Source: Octopus vulgaris
Lineage: Eukaryota
Assembly: GCA_951406725.2 (NCBI GenBank)
Contig: OX597824.1
Location: forward strand, 23,312,001 to 23,376,000
DNA: 64,000 bases
Direction: 5' to 3'
Each line of letters begins with the position of its first letter. The first letter of the stretch is position 1. Both the position numbers and the translations under genes were made by a program. Of the stretch, positions 1 to 12,221 are shown in pieces. A model generated the notes under the pieces. That model had not been told where the DNA came from. It made no database searches and was given only the letters and a program-made list of their open reading frames with translations.

Positions 1-330
1 GGTTCCGGCTTCAGTTCCACTGCATAGCACCTTCGGCAAGTGTTTTCTACTATAGCGTCGGGCCGACCAAAGCCTTGTGAGTGAATTTGGTGGACGGTAA
101 CTGAGAGAAGCCTCTGTGTGCTTGTGTCTGCGTTTGTTCCCTCCCCCACCACCATCGCTTGACAACCGATGTTGGTGTGTTTATGTCCCCGTATTCCAGC
201 GGTTCGGCAAAAGTGCCCGATAGAATAAGTACCAGGCTTACAAAGAAAAAGTCCAGCGGTCGATTTCTTCCGCTAAAAAAACGTTGCTCCAGCATGGCCG
301 CAGTCACAATGACTGGACCAAGTAAAAGAA
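1..330 (+). mobile_element. SINE family A (tRNA-derived, CORE-like), 5' end cut by the window edge
   Basis: B-box-like gcttcagttcc, CORE-like gcaccttcggcaagtg, family tail gctccagcatggccgcagtc..tgactg..caagtaaaaga shared with more than 15 copies in the window. Confidence 0.8.
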
Positions 331-339
331 CATATATGA

Positions 340-499
340 GTGTGTGTGTGTTTGTATGTGTGTGTGTGTGTGTGCGTTCGTGAGTGTGTATGTGTGCGTG
401 TGTGCGTGTGTGTGTGTGTTTGTGGCGTTCGTGTGTGTGTGCGTGTGTGTGTGTGTGTGTTTGTATATGTGTGTGTGTGTGTGCGTTCGTGAGTGTGTA

Positions 500-537
<38 letters not shown>

Positions 538-847
538 CGTGTGTGTGTGGGTGTAGGTGCGTGTGTGGGTGTGTTTGTGTGCGTGCATGAGTATGTGCGT
601 GCGTGCATGTGTGGTTGCGTGTGTCAACGAAGCTATTAAGGTATTGAAATGAGTGACAAGGGATTATATTATAAATAATCAATCTACAAAACGATCGATA
701 AATAAATAAATAATAAATAAAGATCTTTTTTACTATAAAATATGCGTGTAGATAATAATTATTGCAAGTTATGAGCAAAGAAGTAAAATAAAGTGGCTGT
801 TATTATTATTATTATTATTATTATTGTTATTATTATTATTATTATTA

Positions 848-885
<38 letters not shown>

Positions 886-1249
886 ATCATCATCATCATT
901 ATCTTCTTCTTCTTCTTCTTCTTCTTCTTCTTCTTCTTCTTCTTCTTCTTCTTCTTCTTCTCCTTCATCTTCTTTTTTGTCGTCGTTGTCGTTGTCGGCG
1001 ACGGCGGCGGCGGCGGCAGCAGCCTCCTCTCTTCGGCCTATTCCCCCCTCCTACCCTTCATTATCATTAACACCATCATTATTTTCATTTTCATCATCAT
1101 CATCATCATCATCACCATCACCAATAACCCCACCCCCCACCCCTGACCATCAACATCACCATCATCATCATCGTCATCAACTTCATCATCGATAACACTA
1201 CAATTCACTATCACCACTACTAACAATAACGCCACCGCCACCTTCATCA

Positions 1250-1304
<55 letters not shown>

Positions 1305-1378
1305 TACTATTACTATTATTATTATTACTATTATTATTATTATTATTATTATTATTGTTATCATTATTGTTATTATGT
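340..1378. repeat. Compound microsatellite block (GT, ATT, TTC, ATC, GGC)
   Basis: Directly visible simple repeats. Confidence 0.95.
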
Positions 1379-1628
1379 ATGAGATCTTTGAATTGGTTAA
1401 TTAAGAGATGGTTCTTTCTTTCGTGCAGATAATATACACACGCTGTTAACCTTATAATAAGATGGTACGAAACTAGCGCCGGAGATAATGGTGTATATAT
1501 TTCTACTCGCTTCCGCCTCCCCGAGACAAGATGTCTCTTGCATTATATATCAATTGATTTGAAACATTAACGCGAGGTCAATGACCGAATACTTTTGAAT
1601 ATATCAATATGTATGTGTACGTATGCGT

Positions 1629-1681
<53 letters not shown>

Positions 1682-1884
1682 GAAATAGAAAGATGAATAA
1701 TCTTGTTGCAGATTAATCAAAAGTTTAACCGATACCTTGGTATCACAGCATAAGACAGCACGGCTGGAGGTACAACCCTATGGTGTTGCAACCGTGCGTT
1801 GGTGCGGATAATTGAATTTTAATATTATTAGTGAATTGAAGAAAAGGAGTTGAACGAAGATTGAACAGAAATCGTTTTATTGCA

Positions 1885-1964
1885 TTCTACACGTGTTTCG
1901 AAAGGCACAATTTACCAAATTCCGATTGAATAAGGAGACCATATTGTGTCTTTATCTTCAGGAA
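1885..1964 (-). ncRNA. Minimal type-I hammerhead ribozyme (mirror copy)
   Basis: Reverse complement of 2870-2949. Confidence 0.7.
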
Positions 1965-2869
1965 GAAATAGGAAATCCGTTGGAAAAAACAAAAACAGAA
2001 CAGAGGCGGAGCAAAAACAAATCGAACGAGGCTCCTAAGAGCCCATGGCCAAACTGTTTATCAATGTATGTTGAAAACGGGTGGTGGGTGCGTTGAAGAT
2101 TTTAACGGGTCAGGCAGCGGTCATTCCGGTGGGTGAGAGCACGGGGTGCTTAGATGTTCTTTGTGACCGAAACTAAAGTTCTGACTATTTAAAGAATATT
2201 AAGTGTATTATATGGGGCGGGACAAAATCTACTTAGAAACATGTGTGTGTGTACTGTTCTATATATGCGCGGCCGCAAGTTGGTAAGAAGCGCTACACTC
2301 TGGTCGCTGCTGAGAAATCCGTCAGGGGGAAGAAAATATTTTATGTGTTCGTATGTGTGTTTGATCACGCGGCCGTCAGTTGGTAAACAGTCCTACACAA
2401 TGGTCACTGCTGTAAAATCAGTCGGGTGGCAGAAAAATAACTTTTTATGTGTGCGTGTGTTCGTCTAATCATGCCTTGTCAAAGAAACCCCCCGTCGTCA
2501 AAACAAACCACCATTCGTCACCCAGGAGTAATTCCCCTTTCAATGGTTAATCATATTTCTCTTAAAAGCTTTTTCAGAATTTATTTCCAAGGGCTATTTT
2601 CATATAAGTAGTGTAACCGGGTGCAGGTATTATTTATAAGCGTTATTTATAAGCAAGATAAGTATAACGCCGCCAATGGGGGCATCGAAAAGCCGACTGT
2701 AAAAGTCGGCTTTTCGATGCCTGACCCGTTAAAATCTTCAACGCACCCACCACCCGTTTTCAACATACATTGATAAACAGTTTGGCCATGGGCTCTTAGG
2801 AGCCTCGTTCGATTTGTTTTTGCTCCGCCTCTGTTCTGTTTTTGTTTTTTCCAACGGATTTCCTATTTC

Positions 2870-2949
2870 TTCCTGAAGATAAAGACACAATATGGTCTCC
2901 TTATTCAATCGGAATTTGGTAAATTGTGCCTTTCGAAACACGTGTAGAA
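2870..2949 (+). ncRNA. Minimal type-I hammerhead ribozyme
   Basis: ttc-CTGAAGA-t-AAAGACACAAT...ATTGTGCCTTT-c-GAAA-CACGTG-TA-gaa: core boxes, long stem II, palindromic stem III, GUA site. Confidence 0.7.
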
Positions 2950-3004
2950 TGCAATAAAACGATTTCTGTTCAATCTTCGTTCAACTCCATTTCTTCAATT
3001 CACT

Positions 3005-3039
<35 letters not shown>

Positions 3040-3099
3040 TATATATAAATATATATATATACATATATGTGTGTGTATATATACTTATGTACTTATACG

Positions 3100-3512
3100 T
3101 TTTTTACTTGTTTCAGTCATTTGACTGCGGCTGTGCTGGAGCACCGCCTTTAGTCGAACAAATCGACCCCAGGACTTATTCTTTGTAAGCCTAATCTTTA
3201 TTATATCAGACTCTTTTGCCGAACCGCTAAGTTACAGGGACGTGAGCCCACCAACATCGGTTGTCAAGCAATGGGGTGTACAAACACTGATACACGCACA
3301 CGCACATACACATGCACACGCACACACACGCACACACACACACATGTATATATGCGATGGGATTTTTTCAGTTTCCGTCTACCAAATCCACTCACAAGGC
3401 TTTGGTCGGCCCCAGGCTATTGTAGAAGACACTTGCCCAAGGTGCCGCGCAATGAGTCTGAACCCGGAACCATGTGGCTGGGAAGCAAGCTTCTTACCAC
3501 AAGCCACACCTT
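3100..3512 (-). mobile_element. SINE family A, near full length
   Basis: Head, CORE-like block, internal microsatellite and tail match the other copies. Confidence 0.85.
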
Positions 3513-3531
3513 CGCCTGTATATATATATAT

Positions 3532-3718
3532 AGGGAAAGTTTACGAAAAAAACAAAAGACGAAGATAGGTGGTGTACAAAACAAACAGATGTATTAGTAT
3601 AACGCTCAGGAATAGAAAAAGTCTTCTACGTTTCGAGCCTACGCTCTTCTACTGAAAGGTACACAGAAAAAACAAGGAGAGAAAAAATGTGTGTTGTGGC
3701 TAACGATCTATCATGGCG
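3532..3718 (-). mobile_element. Short Penelope-like repeat, family D (degenerate hammerhead)
   Basis: Homologous to 10488-10672, 35340-35550, 57595-57782 and 63265-63405; GAAGAGCgtagGCTCGAAACG motif; (TA)n on both sides. Confidence 0.65.
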
Positions 3719-3719
3719 C

Positions 3720-3769
<50 letters not shown>

Positions 3770-3774
3770 TAAGA

Positions 3775-4305
3775 TGAGAAAATACAGAGGTAATTAGTAG
3801 ATTATTATTTATTAATTAAGAAATTGACAAACATCTCTTACAGCTGTTTGACTCCTAGACCATCAGAAAATTAATTAATTAAATTAGAGATTATTTGAAA
3901 GTGGAATCTGTTCAAAAGTAGATAAAGATATACAAAATAGGTGTTCAATGTTGAGTAAACAGCTGGTACGAAACTAACGCTGGAGATAATAGTGTATATA
4001 TTTCGACTCGCTCCCGTCTCCCTGAGACAAGATGTCTCTTACATAACATCAATTGATTTAAAACATTAACACGAGGTCAATGACCGAATACTTAGATAAC
4101 GGTTTGCAGCCATTTACTAAACATGCAGGAATCGAACACCTATTTTGTATATCTTTATCTACCTCTGAGGAAATTCCACTTTCAATAGTTTATAATTTAA
4201 TTAATTAATTTTCTGAAGGCCTGGAATCGAAACAGCTGTAAGGGATGTTTGTCAATTTTTTTTATTAATAAATAATAATACATCAATTACCTCTCTATTT
4301 TCTCC
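3775..4305. mobile_element. Penelope-like fold-back (arms ~3775-3947 / 4134-4305) with degenerate hammerheads at 3835-3870(-) and 4209-4244(+)
   Basis: Diverged inverted arms; tttt-CTGAAGG...GAAA-CAGCTG-TA-aggg. Confidence 0.55.
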
Positions 4306-4582
4306 TCTTATTATAATAAATAAATGTATATTTATAAACAACAGTTTATATAGATACCTTGCAGTTGAGTATTAAATATAGTGTTCAATATTCTTTGTAT
4401 AGGCAACTAACCAGTATTTTCATAGGCTTGTAACTTTAATTGTGTGTGTATATATGCGTGTGTGTGTATGTGTGTATGTGTGTATGTATATATATTTATG
4501 TATTGTTAAAAAAAACTTCGTTTTCTATGTTTTCTTTTCTCATTGTGGTCAACGTTTTTTCGATGTCATGTACCCATATATG

Positions 4583-4613
<31 letters not shown>

Positions 4614-5342
4614 AGGTATGTACATATATGTATGTATATATGCATATATTTATATATATTATTTATATTATTATATGATCGAACGCCACGCATCCATTTC
4701 AAAGTAAGTTTTATCTTGATAATTACGAGGCTCACTCTTCTATCTCTACTATCTCTTCTCTGTCTATCTCTCTCCCTCTCTTGTTCTTCATCCTTTCCCT
4801 ATTCTTCTCCTCTCCTCTTCACCTTTCCCTCTCTCTCACTCTTCCTCCTTGACTCTTTCGTCGCTGACACATGACGAAAGGGAATCTATCTTTCTACCCA
4901 TTTCCATGCTAAAGACAACACGTGCTTATACCTGTCTCCTCTCATAAGCTCGTCTTCCAAACGTTCATAATAATGTTTCTATCGTCCTGGCTCAATAGCT
5001 CTCAGCGTTTGTTTTTAATGTCTTGTTCTCACTGCCCTTTTCTTGTTACCACTTTCACCCTCCGCAAAAAATCCCAAATTTTATTTAATTTGTTTTGCGG
5101 GAAGGACTGTTTCAACGAAGTCGCGTATTGTCCTTGCCTTCGTAACGCGGAGTAAAGGAAACAGGGATCACTGATGAAAGGGAATATTCTTTATGTTGCA
5201 TGTCTCATTTCTTTCTTTGTTTTTTTTTGTTATTCAAAAAAATTTTCGTTTTCTATGTTTTTATTTTTATGTTTTCGTTTTTCATTGTGTTCTACTCTTT
5301 TTTGATGTCTTGTACCCATATATGCATGTGTAAATGCATATA

Positions 5343-5384
<42 letters not shown>

Positions 5385-5968
5385 TTATGTATATATATAA
5401 ATATTGAAAATATGTATTATACATTTGCGTGTATAAGTGTGTGTGCATTCATTTATACATACATGCATGCATATAGACAGACAGACGGGCATACAGACAT
5501 ACAAACATAAAGATAGACATGCATGCATATGTGTCAAATATACACACATAAAAAAGGGTCACGAGACGATAGAGTCCTTCATTAATGCCATGCTCTGCAT
5601 TGCTGTCCGGGTGTAAAGGGCCGGAGCACAACAGTATCGCACCTATCGCGATGCTCCCAGAACGCCGAACCACTCTGCTACGGTTGGCTACGCTATTTAT
5701 TGATCATAGAGCGTTATAATGGAGAGTTTAAACTCTGAAGGAATCGAACTCAGATCGTAGGGAAACGAGGTAAATTATGCAATACATTGGCTGTCTGGTT
5801 AAATTTCGGATTCAGGACCCGCTGCACTCGACACCTTGTGCAAGTGTTTTCTACTTTAGTCTCGGGGTGAGTCAGTACCCTGTGAGTGAATTTAGTTGAC
5901 GGAAACTGTGTAGAATCCTACCATATATGTAAGTGTGCTCATATATGTTTATGTGTATATGTATACAT

Positions 5969-6079
<111 letters not shown>

Positions 6080-6210
6080 CATATATACGACAGGCTTATT
6101 TCAGTTTCCGTCGACCAAAGCCCACTTGCCCAAGGTGCCACGCAATTGGGACTGAATCCGGAACCATGTGGTTGGTAAGCGAGCTGCTTACCACACAGCC
6201 ACTCCATATT

Positions 6211-6256
<46 letters not shown>

Positions 6257-6827
6257 CATGCACATGCATACACACACACATAAACATATTCATATCTATG
6301 AGTGTATGTGCGTGTGTTTCGTGTTTGTGTATTTTCCGTGCCCCCACCTTGCACCACTTTACAACCGTTGCCAGTTTGTTTACGTCCCCGTAACTGAGCA
6401 GTTCAATAAGAAAAAAAAAAAGAAACCGAGAGAATATGTATCAATATTGAAAAAAAAAAGAATTTTTTTTCAAAAAAAAAATACTGAACGCGATTTATTC
6501 GATTAAGATCCAGCAAGATGTTGCTCCTGCGTGGCCACAGTCCAAAGACTGGAACAAGTAAAATATAATATATAATTGTCCTAACGACTCTGCCATTTTA
6601 TGATCTGAAATCTTTAAGGATGTAAATGTACAATATTTGTACAGAGTGGGAGGGACAATTATCATATTTTAGAAAATTAATTACTGCAATTAGTCTGGGT
6701 CAACATCCGATTATAATATGTAGGCAGAGAGAGAGCATTATGTAATTTATGTAACTCTATGTATGTATGTATGTATGTATGTTTTATTCAGTTTTGTATG
6801 TATGTATGTATGTATGTATGTATGTCA

Positions 6828-6922
6828 TTGTTCAGTTTTATCTAGAGATTTCTTGGCAATAAAGAGCAGGTTTCTAACCTAGATTCAAAGCTCCTTCATT
6901 GGAATTTCAACATCAACAACAG
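6828..6922 (-). mobile_element. Short (CATA)n-associated repeat, family E
   Basis: Homologous to the four units at 52450-53200; flanked by (TATG)n. Confidence 0.65.
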
Positions 6923-7152
6923 TGTGTGTATGTGTGTATGTATGTATGTATGTATGTATGTATGTATGTATGTATGTACGTATGTATGTATGTATGTACG
7001 TACGTATGTATGTATGTATGTATGTATGTATGTATGTATGTATGTATGTATGTATGTATGTATGTATGTATGTATGTATGTATGTATGTATGTATGTATG
7101 TATGTATGTATGTATGTATGTATGTATATATGTACGTACGTCTGTATGTATG

Positions 7153-7185
<33 letters not shown>

Positions 7186-7221
7186 GTGTGTGTGTATGTT
7201 TGCATGCATGCATGTATGTAT

Positions 7222-7472
7222 ATGCGCAGATTTGTATGCTTTGCTCTAACGTATGTAGTCTTATGCTTATAGTTGCATATCTAGTCATGCTCACATATAT
7301 TTAAATGATAAAATTCTAGAAAGTTTTACAGATTTTTACAGTTCCACTGAAGGATAGAATCTGTAGTCTTCGAATTAGCTTTCTCCTTTCTGGTTTTGAG
7401 AAGCCTAATTTCTCAAGATTGGTATTTAGGCAGTGTGTTACATATCGCAGGGCCCCAATAATTACAGGTACA
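7222..7472 (-). mobile_element. 3' fragment of an RLE-type (R4/NeSL-like) non-LTR retrotransposon in (CATA)n
   Basis: Minus strand reads VPVIIGALRYVTHCLNTNLEKLGFSKPERRKLIRRLQILSFSGTVKICKTF*, resembling the P-I-I-I-G-A-L-G ... LQ...GT C-terminus of RLE LINEs. Confidence 0.6.
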
Positions 7473-7764
7473 GTATGTATGTATTTATGTATGTATGTAT
7501 GTATGTATGTATGTATGTATGTATGTATGCATGTATGTATATGTGTGCGTGTACGTGTGTGCCTGCATATATGTATATATGTGTGTATATAAATTTATGT
7601 ATATATGCATGTATTTGTGTACATATGTATGCGTATGTAGGTATGTGAATGTGTATATGTATGTATATGTGTATGTATGTATGCATGTATATTTGTGTAT
7701 TTATGAATGTGTTTATGTATGTATTTATGTATGTACATGCATATGTGCGTATATCTTTTGTCTC

Positions 7765-8220
7765 TTGCCTGTTTCAGTCATTTAACTGCGGCCATACTGG
7801 AGCATACCTATATACTTTTTTACTCTCTTTTATTCTTTTACTTGTCTCAGTCATTTGACTGCGGCCTTGCTGGATCACCGCCTCTAGTCGAGCAAATCGA
7901 CCCCAGGACTATTGTAAGCCTAGCACTTATTCTATCGGTCTGCTTTGCCGAACCGCTCAGTTAAAGGGACGTAAACACACCAGCATCGGTTGTCAAGCGA
8001 TGTTGGGGGAGACAAACACAGACACACAAACATATACACACACTCACACCTATATATATATACATATCTACAACGGGCTTCTTTCAGTTTCCATCTACCA
8101 AATCCACTGACAAGGTTTTGGTCGGCCCGAGGCTATAGTAGAAGACACCTGCCCAAGATGCCACGTTGTGGGACTGAACCCTGAACCATGTGGTTGGTAA
8201 GCAAGCTACTTACCACACAG
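7765..8220 (-). mobile_element. SINE family A with duplicated tail
   Basis: Family match. Confidence 0.85.
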
Positions 8221-8678
8221 CATTTGCAAAAACTTGTCGTACGGTAGGGCAGTCGATGACTAAACCGGCAACCTTAAGAAGTCTGCTTGGTAAGGAGTGT
8301 GTTTTCCATAGGATACCCTGCAGAACGAAAGACAAAACTTGACAAAGAACGTGAGAACTCAATAGAGCCAACGGCCATCCAACAGCTGGCAGTGATAGAA
8401 CCCTAGTCCTTGTTAGACATTTCTTTATAAGAAGGAAATTTCGAAATAACACTCGCCTCGTTGTGAAGACAGAGACCTTGGTTTTGCTTGTTTCTGGAAG
8501 CTTAGCTTTGTACGTGAGAAGCTTTGCGGTGTTGCGAAAAGTTGTTGACTTTTCTGATACATATGAATATATATGTGTGTATGTGTATATGATTGTATGT
8601 CAGTATGCATTTACACACACACATATATATATAGCCGTCTTCGCTAGATGATATATATATATATATATATATATGTAT

Positions 8679-8961
8679 TATATTAAATTAGAGATAAAAC
8701 CACTCTTAGGCAAATCAAACAATGAAAAACATAAGCCAATACATAAAATTAATTAATTTATATTATTTTAAATATATATCAAAAGTATTAAAAGTTTAAT
8801 AAAAGATAATGAGTAAAACACTACGATCGTTTCATGGCTGTCCAATTCATAATAATTCGAGTTATGGTTATAGTCAATCTTCAGGTAATTGAAATATTTA
8901 TTGGCTTATGTTTTTCATTGTTTGATTTGCCTAATAGTGGTTTTATCTCTAATTTGATATA
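8679..8961. mobile_element. Penelope-like fold-back with a hammerhead (8819-8887, minus) in the loop
   Basis: Arms ~8679-8745 / 8895-8961; minus strand tac-CTGAAGA-t-TGACTAT...ACAGCCA-t-GAAA-CGATCG-TA-gtg; (TA)n flanks. Confidence 0.6.
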
Positions 8962-9354
8962 ATATAATATTTTACTATAAAATTGCATTTAATCTTAAAT
9001 CTGATTTTTCCCTCTAAGTTTGGATTTATTCCCTAATATTTTATTATATATATATATATATATTATAGCTATTATCTGATAGCTATTGTATTTATCTAAT
9101 ACCTATTGTATTTAACATCTAAACTAAATTATTTGTCAACATAGGGCCATCATTTCCCAAGGTTTGGCAGCCATTATGTGCTTATGTTTATATTCCATTA
9201 GGATTTCTTCTTTTTTTTATCATTTTGCAAAATACAAGCTAATCGCTAACAACGTTGCAAGGCTCTTTTGTTTGTGTCCGGCCACCTTCTGAAATCTGTG
9301 GTTAACTGAACTGCTTGATGAATGCATCTTGGGCAGGTATCTGCTACGTCTAGT

Positions 9355-9747
9355 GGTGGAGGCGCAATGGCCCAGTGGTTAGGGCAGCGGACTCGCGGTC
9401 GTAGGATCGCGGTTTCGATTCCCAGACCGGGCATTGTGAGTCTTTATTGAGCGAAAACACCTAAAAGCTCCACGAGGCTCCGGCAGGGGATGGTGGTGAT
9501 CCCTACTGTACTCTTTCACCACAACTTTCTCTCACGCTTACTTCCTGTTTCTGTTGTACCTGTATTTCAAAGGGCCGGCCTTGTCACTCTCTGTGTCACG
9601 CTGAATATCCCCGAGAACTACGTTAAGGGTACACGTGTCTGTGGAGTGCTCAGCCACTTACACGTTAATTTCACGAGCAGGCTGTTCCGTTGATCAGATC
9701 AACCGGAACCCTCGTCGTCGTAACCGATGGAGTGCAAAAAAAAGAAA
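9355..9747 (+). mobile_element. SINE family C (tRNA-derived), full length with 12-bp TSD
   Basis: A box tggcccagtgg, B box ggtttcgattccc; TSD gctacgtctagt at 9343-9354 and 9748-9759. Confidence 0.9.
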
Positions 9748-10100
9748 GCTACGTCTAGTCAACCAAAGCGAAGACAGTAATATTAAATATATGGTAATTG
9801 TGCGGAAAAGCTTTTTAGATGCATAGATGTAGCCTTTTATCTTATACATTTTACCTTTACCATGATGCAGGTTCACTATGTGTGAAGAATGCCTCCAGAG
9901 TCGGTACGGGCATCACAAATCCGCATATAAACTCGCAAGTAAGAAGAGTCGCAACCTAATTTCAAAATTTCTTGGTGGATCATATTTCACGAGAAATAGA
10001 TGAACGGGAAAGCATTCTGTAATCTAGCGAATGAAGAAAATTGCATATATATATGAGCAATAATAAATCTCTGAAAGAGGTATAGACAGTAACTGCACGA

Positions 10101-10461
10101 CAATGTGAAGTATATTTGCCATCTAAATATGGCTAACCACTAAGGGTGGATATTAGTGTAGCTTGCAGCCCCAAGAGAACATCTTCTCCAGCTGGCTATT
10201 GACACACTTTCTGTGCCCTATCGGTATTTTCGAAAACCGGTGATTGTCGTGCGCTGATGACGGGTCAATACCTAGAAACTGCAGTCCGTGCGCATCACTT
10301 AGGTTGACGAGGGAAGGATGACCTCCCTTTGCAAATACCGATAGGGCACAGAAAGTGTGTCAATAGCCAGCTGGAGAAGATGTTCTCTTGGGGCTGCAAG
10401 CTACACTAATATCCACCCTTAGTGGTTAGCCATATTTAGATGGCAAATATACTTCACATTG
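10101..10461. mobile_element. Penelope-like fold-back with 129-bp inverted arms
   Basis: 10101-10229 is the reverse complement of 10333-10461; (TA)n follows. Confidence 0.75.
10249..10291 (+). ncRNA. Minimal type-I hammerhead ribozyme
   Basis: gtgcg-CTGATGA-c-GGGT-caat-ACCT-a-GAAA-CTGCAG-TC-cgtgc; GUC site. Confidence 0.75.
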
Positions 10462-10487
10462 CATATATATATATATATATATATATC

Positions 10488-10672
10488 ATTCGCCATGATA
10501 GATCGCTAGCCACTACACATTCTTTATTTTCTCTCCTTGTTTCTTTCTGTGGAAGAGTGTAGGCTCGAAACGTTAAAGACTTTTTCACTTCCCGAGCGTT
10601 ATACTAATACATCTGTTTGTTGCCTACACCACCTACCTTCGTCTTTTGTTTTTTTTTTTGTGAATTCTCCCC
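10488..10672 (+). mobile_element. Family D Penelope-like repeat
   Basis: cttt-CTGTGGA-a-GAGT-gtag-GCTC-GAAA-CG-TT-aaag; family match. Confidence 0.65.
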
Positions 10673-10719
10673 CCCCCCCCATATATATATGTATAAATAT
10701 ATATATATTTGTATGTATG

Positions 10720-10753
<34 letters not shown>

Positions 10754-10797
10754 TACATACATACATACATACATACATACATACATACATACATACA

Positions 10798-10829
<32 letters not shown>

Positions 10830-11030
10830 CGTTCATGCACATATATATATAGTGTGATATTTGATAGTCCAATGTATGACCGTTTTATTTCTTGCAGTCT
10901 TGTATTATTCATATATTTATATATTTACATTTGTTTATATTCCTTTTTCTCTATACTTCTGTATCCGTATAGAAATATCAGTACGTCCATACGTATATCT
11001 ATGTGCGTGCGTGTGTATGTGTGAGTGTGT

Positions 11031-11069
<39 letters not shown>

Positions 11070-11143
11070 TGTGTGCAGATGCATATGAATATATATGTGT
11101 GCATATGTATATGATTGTATGTGAGTATGCATTTACACACACA

Positions 11144-11174
<31 letters not shown>

Positions 11175-11183
11175 ATATATGTG

Positions 11184-11238
<55 letters not shown>

Positions 11239-11784
11239 ATGGATGTATGTGTTTTTATGTGTGTGTGTATGTTTATACATACGCATGTCTAGGAAGGGGT
11301 GAAGCTAGATGACTACTTACGGTTTGATATTGGACAACGAACCCTTGACGTGTCTCCTTTAGATGAGAACAAATCATCTAAGGTTTCGACGACTTTTTAA
11401 TTACAGCTCTTGGCACCACTAATCTATTGATTTCTCAGATTATTCGGTGTTTCTGTTAAACCAATTTAGATAAGTGAATTTAGATTGTATATTTATAAGA
11501 TCTTCGTTTTAGAATTTAGATTGTATATTTATATCATCTTTGTTTCTCATTTGCCTGTTTTAAGTTATATTTTTACGTCTCCTTTTATAATAGACTGTAA
11601 AAATTAAATGTCTCCCTAGTTCAGATATTGTTGCCTATATCTGATTCGATATTTGAAATCTTACTTGTTTAAAATTCAAGGTGTAATGTATATGATTATG
11701 TAATCTTTTATGGTTTGTATTCAAGAAAATTCTACCGTAACAGCTGTGGCTATCTTTGTTTTCTTATATATATACATTCTTTTA

Positions 11785-12040
11785 TTCTTTTACTTGTTTC
11801 AGTCATTTGACTGCGGCCATGCTGGAGCATCGCCTTTGGTCGAGCAAATCAACCCCAGAACTTGTTGTTTGTAAGCCTAGTACTAATTCTGTCGGTGTCT
11901 TTTGCCGAACCGCTAAGTTAGGGAGACGTAAACACAGACACAAAAACGCACACACACACACACACACACATGTATATATATATATATATGTATGTATATG
12001 TATGTATATATACGACGGCATTTCATTTTCGTCTACCAAA
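11785..12040 (-). mobile_element. SINE family A, 3' part
   Basis: Family match. Confidence 0.8.
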
Positions 12041-12121
12041 TATATGCATATATATGTATATATATGTGCGCGTGTGAATGTGCGCGTGTGAATGTATATA
12101 TATATATATATATATACATTC

Positions 12122-12221
<100 letters not shown>

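Larger units (their letters stand above)
1824..3010. mobile_element. Penelope-like fold-back element with ~293-bp inverted arms (1824-2116 / 2718-3010), between (TA)n tracts
   Basis: Near-perfect inverted repeat (same 67-aa ORF on both strands); hammerhead motif in each arm; (TA)n at ~1640-1678 and ~3010-3060. Confidence 0.7.

Noticed and set aside
1893-2941. Identical 67-aa ORF on both strands, as a duplicated gene
   Set aside because: By-product of the inverted repeat; GTG start and no recognisable motif
8225-8545. Unique GC-richer stretch as a host exon (likewise 18700-19020 and 32200-32530)
   Set aside because: No recognisable protein motif or convincing splice-bounded frame; small exons cannot be excluded without RNA-seq
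9355-9432. tRNA genes at the SINE heads
   Set aside because: A and B boxes run directly into SINE bodies with TSDs; no complete cloverleaf with terminator
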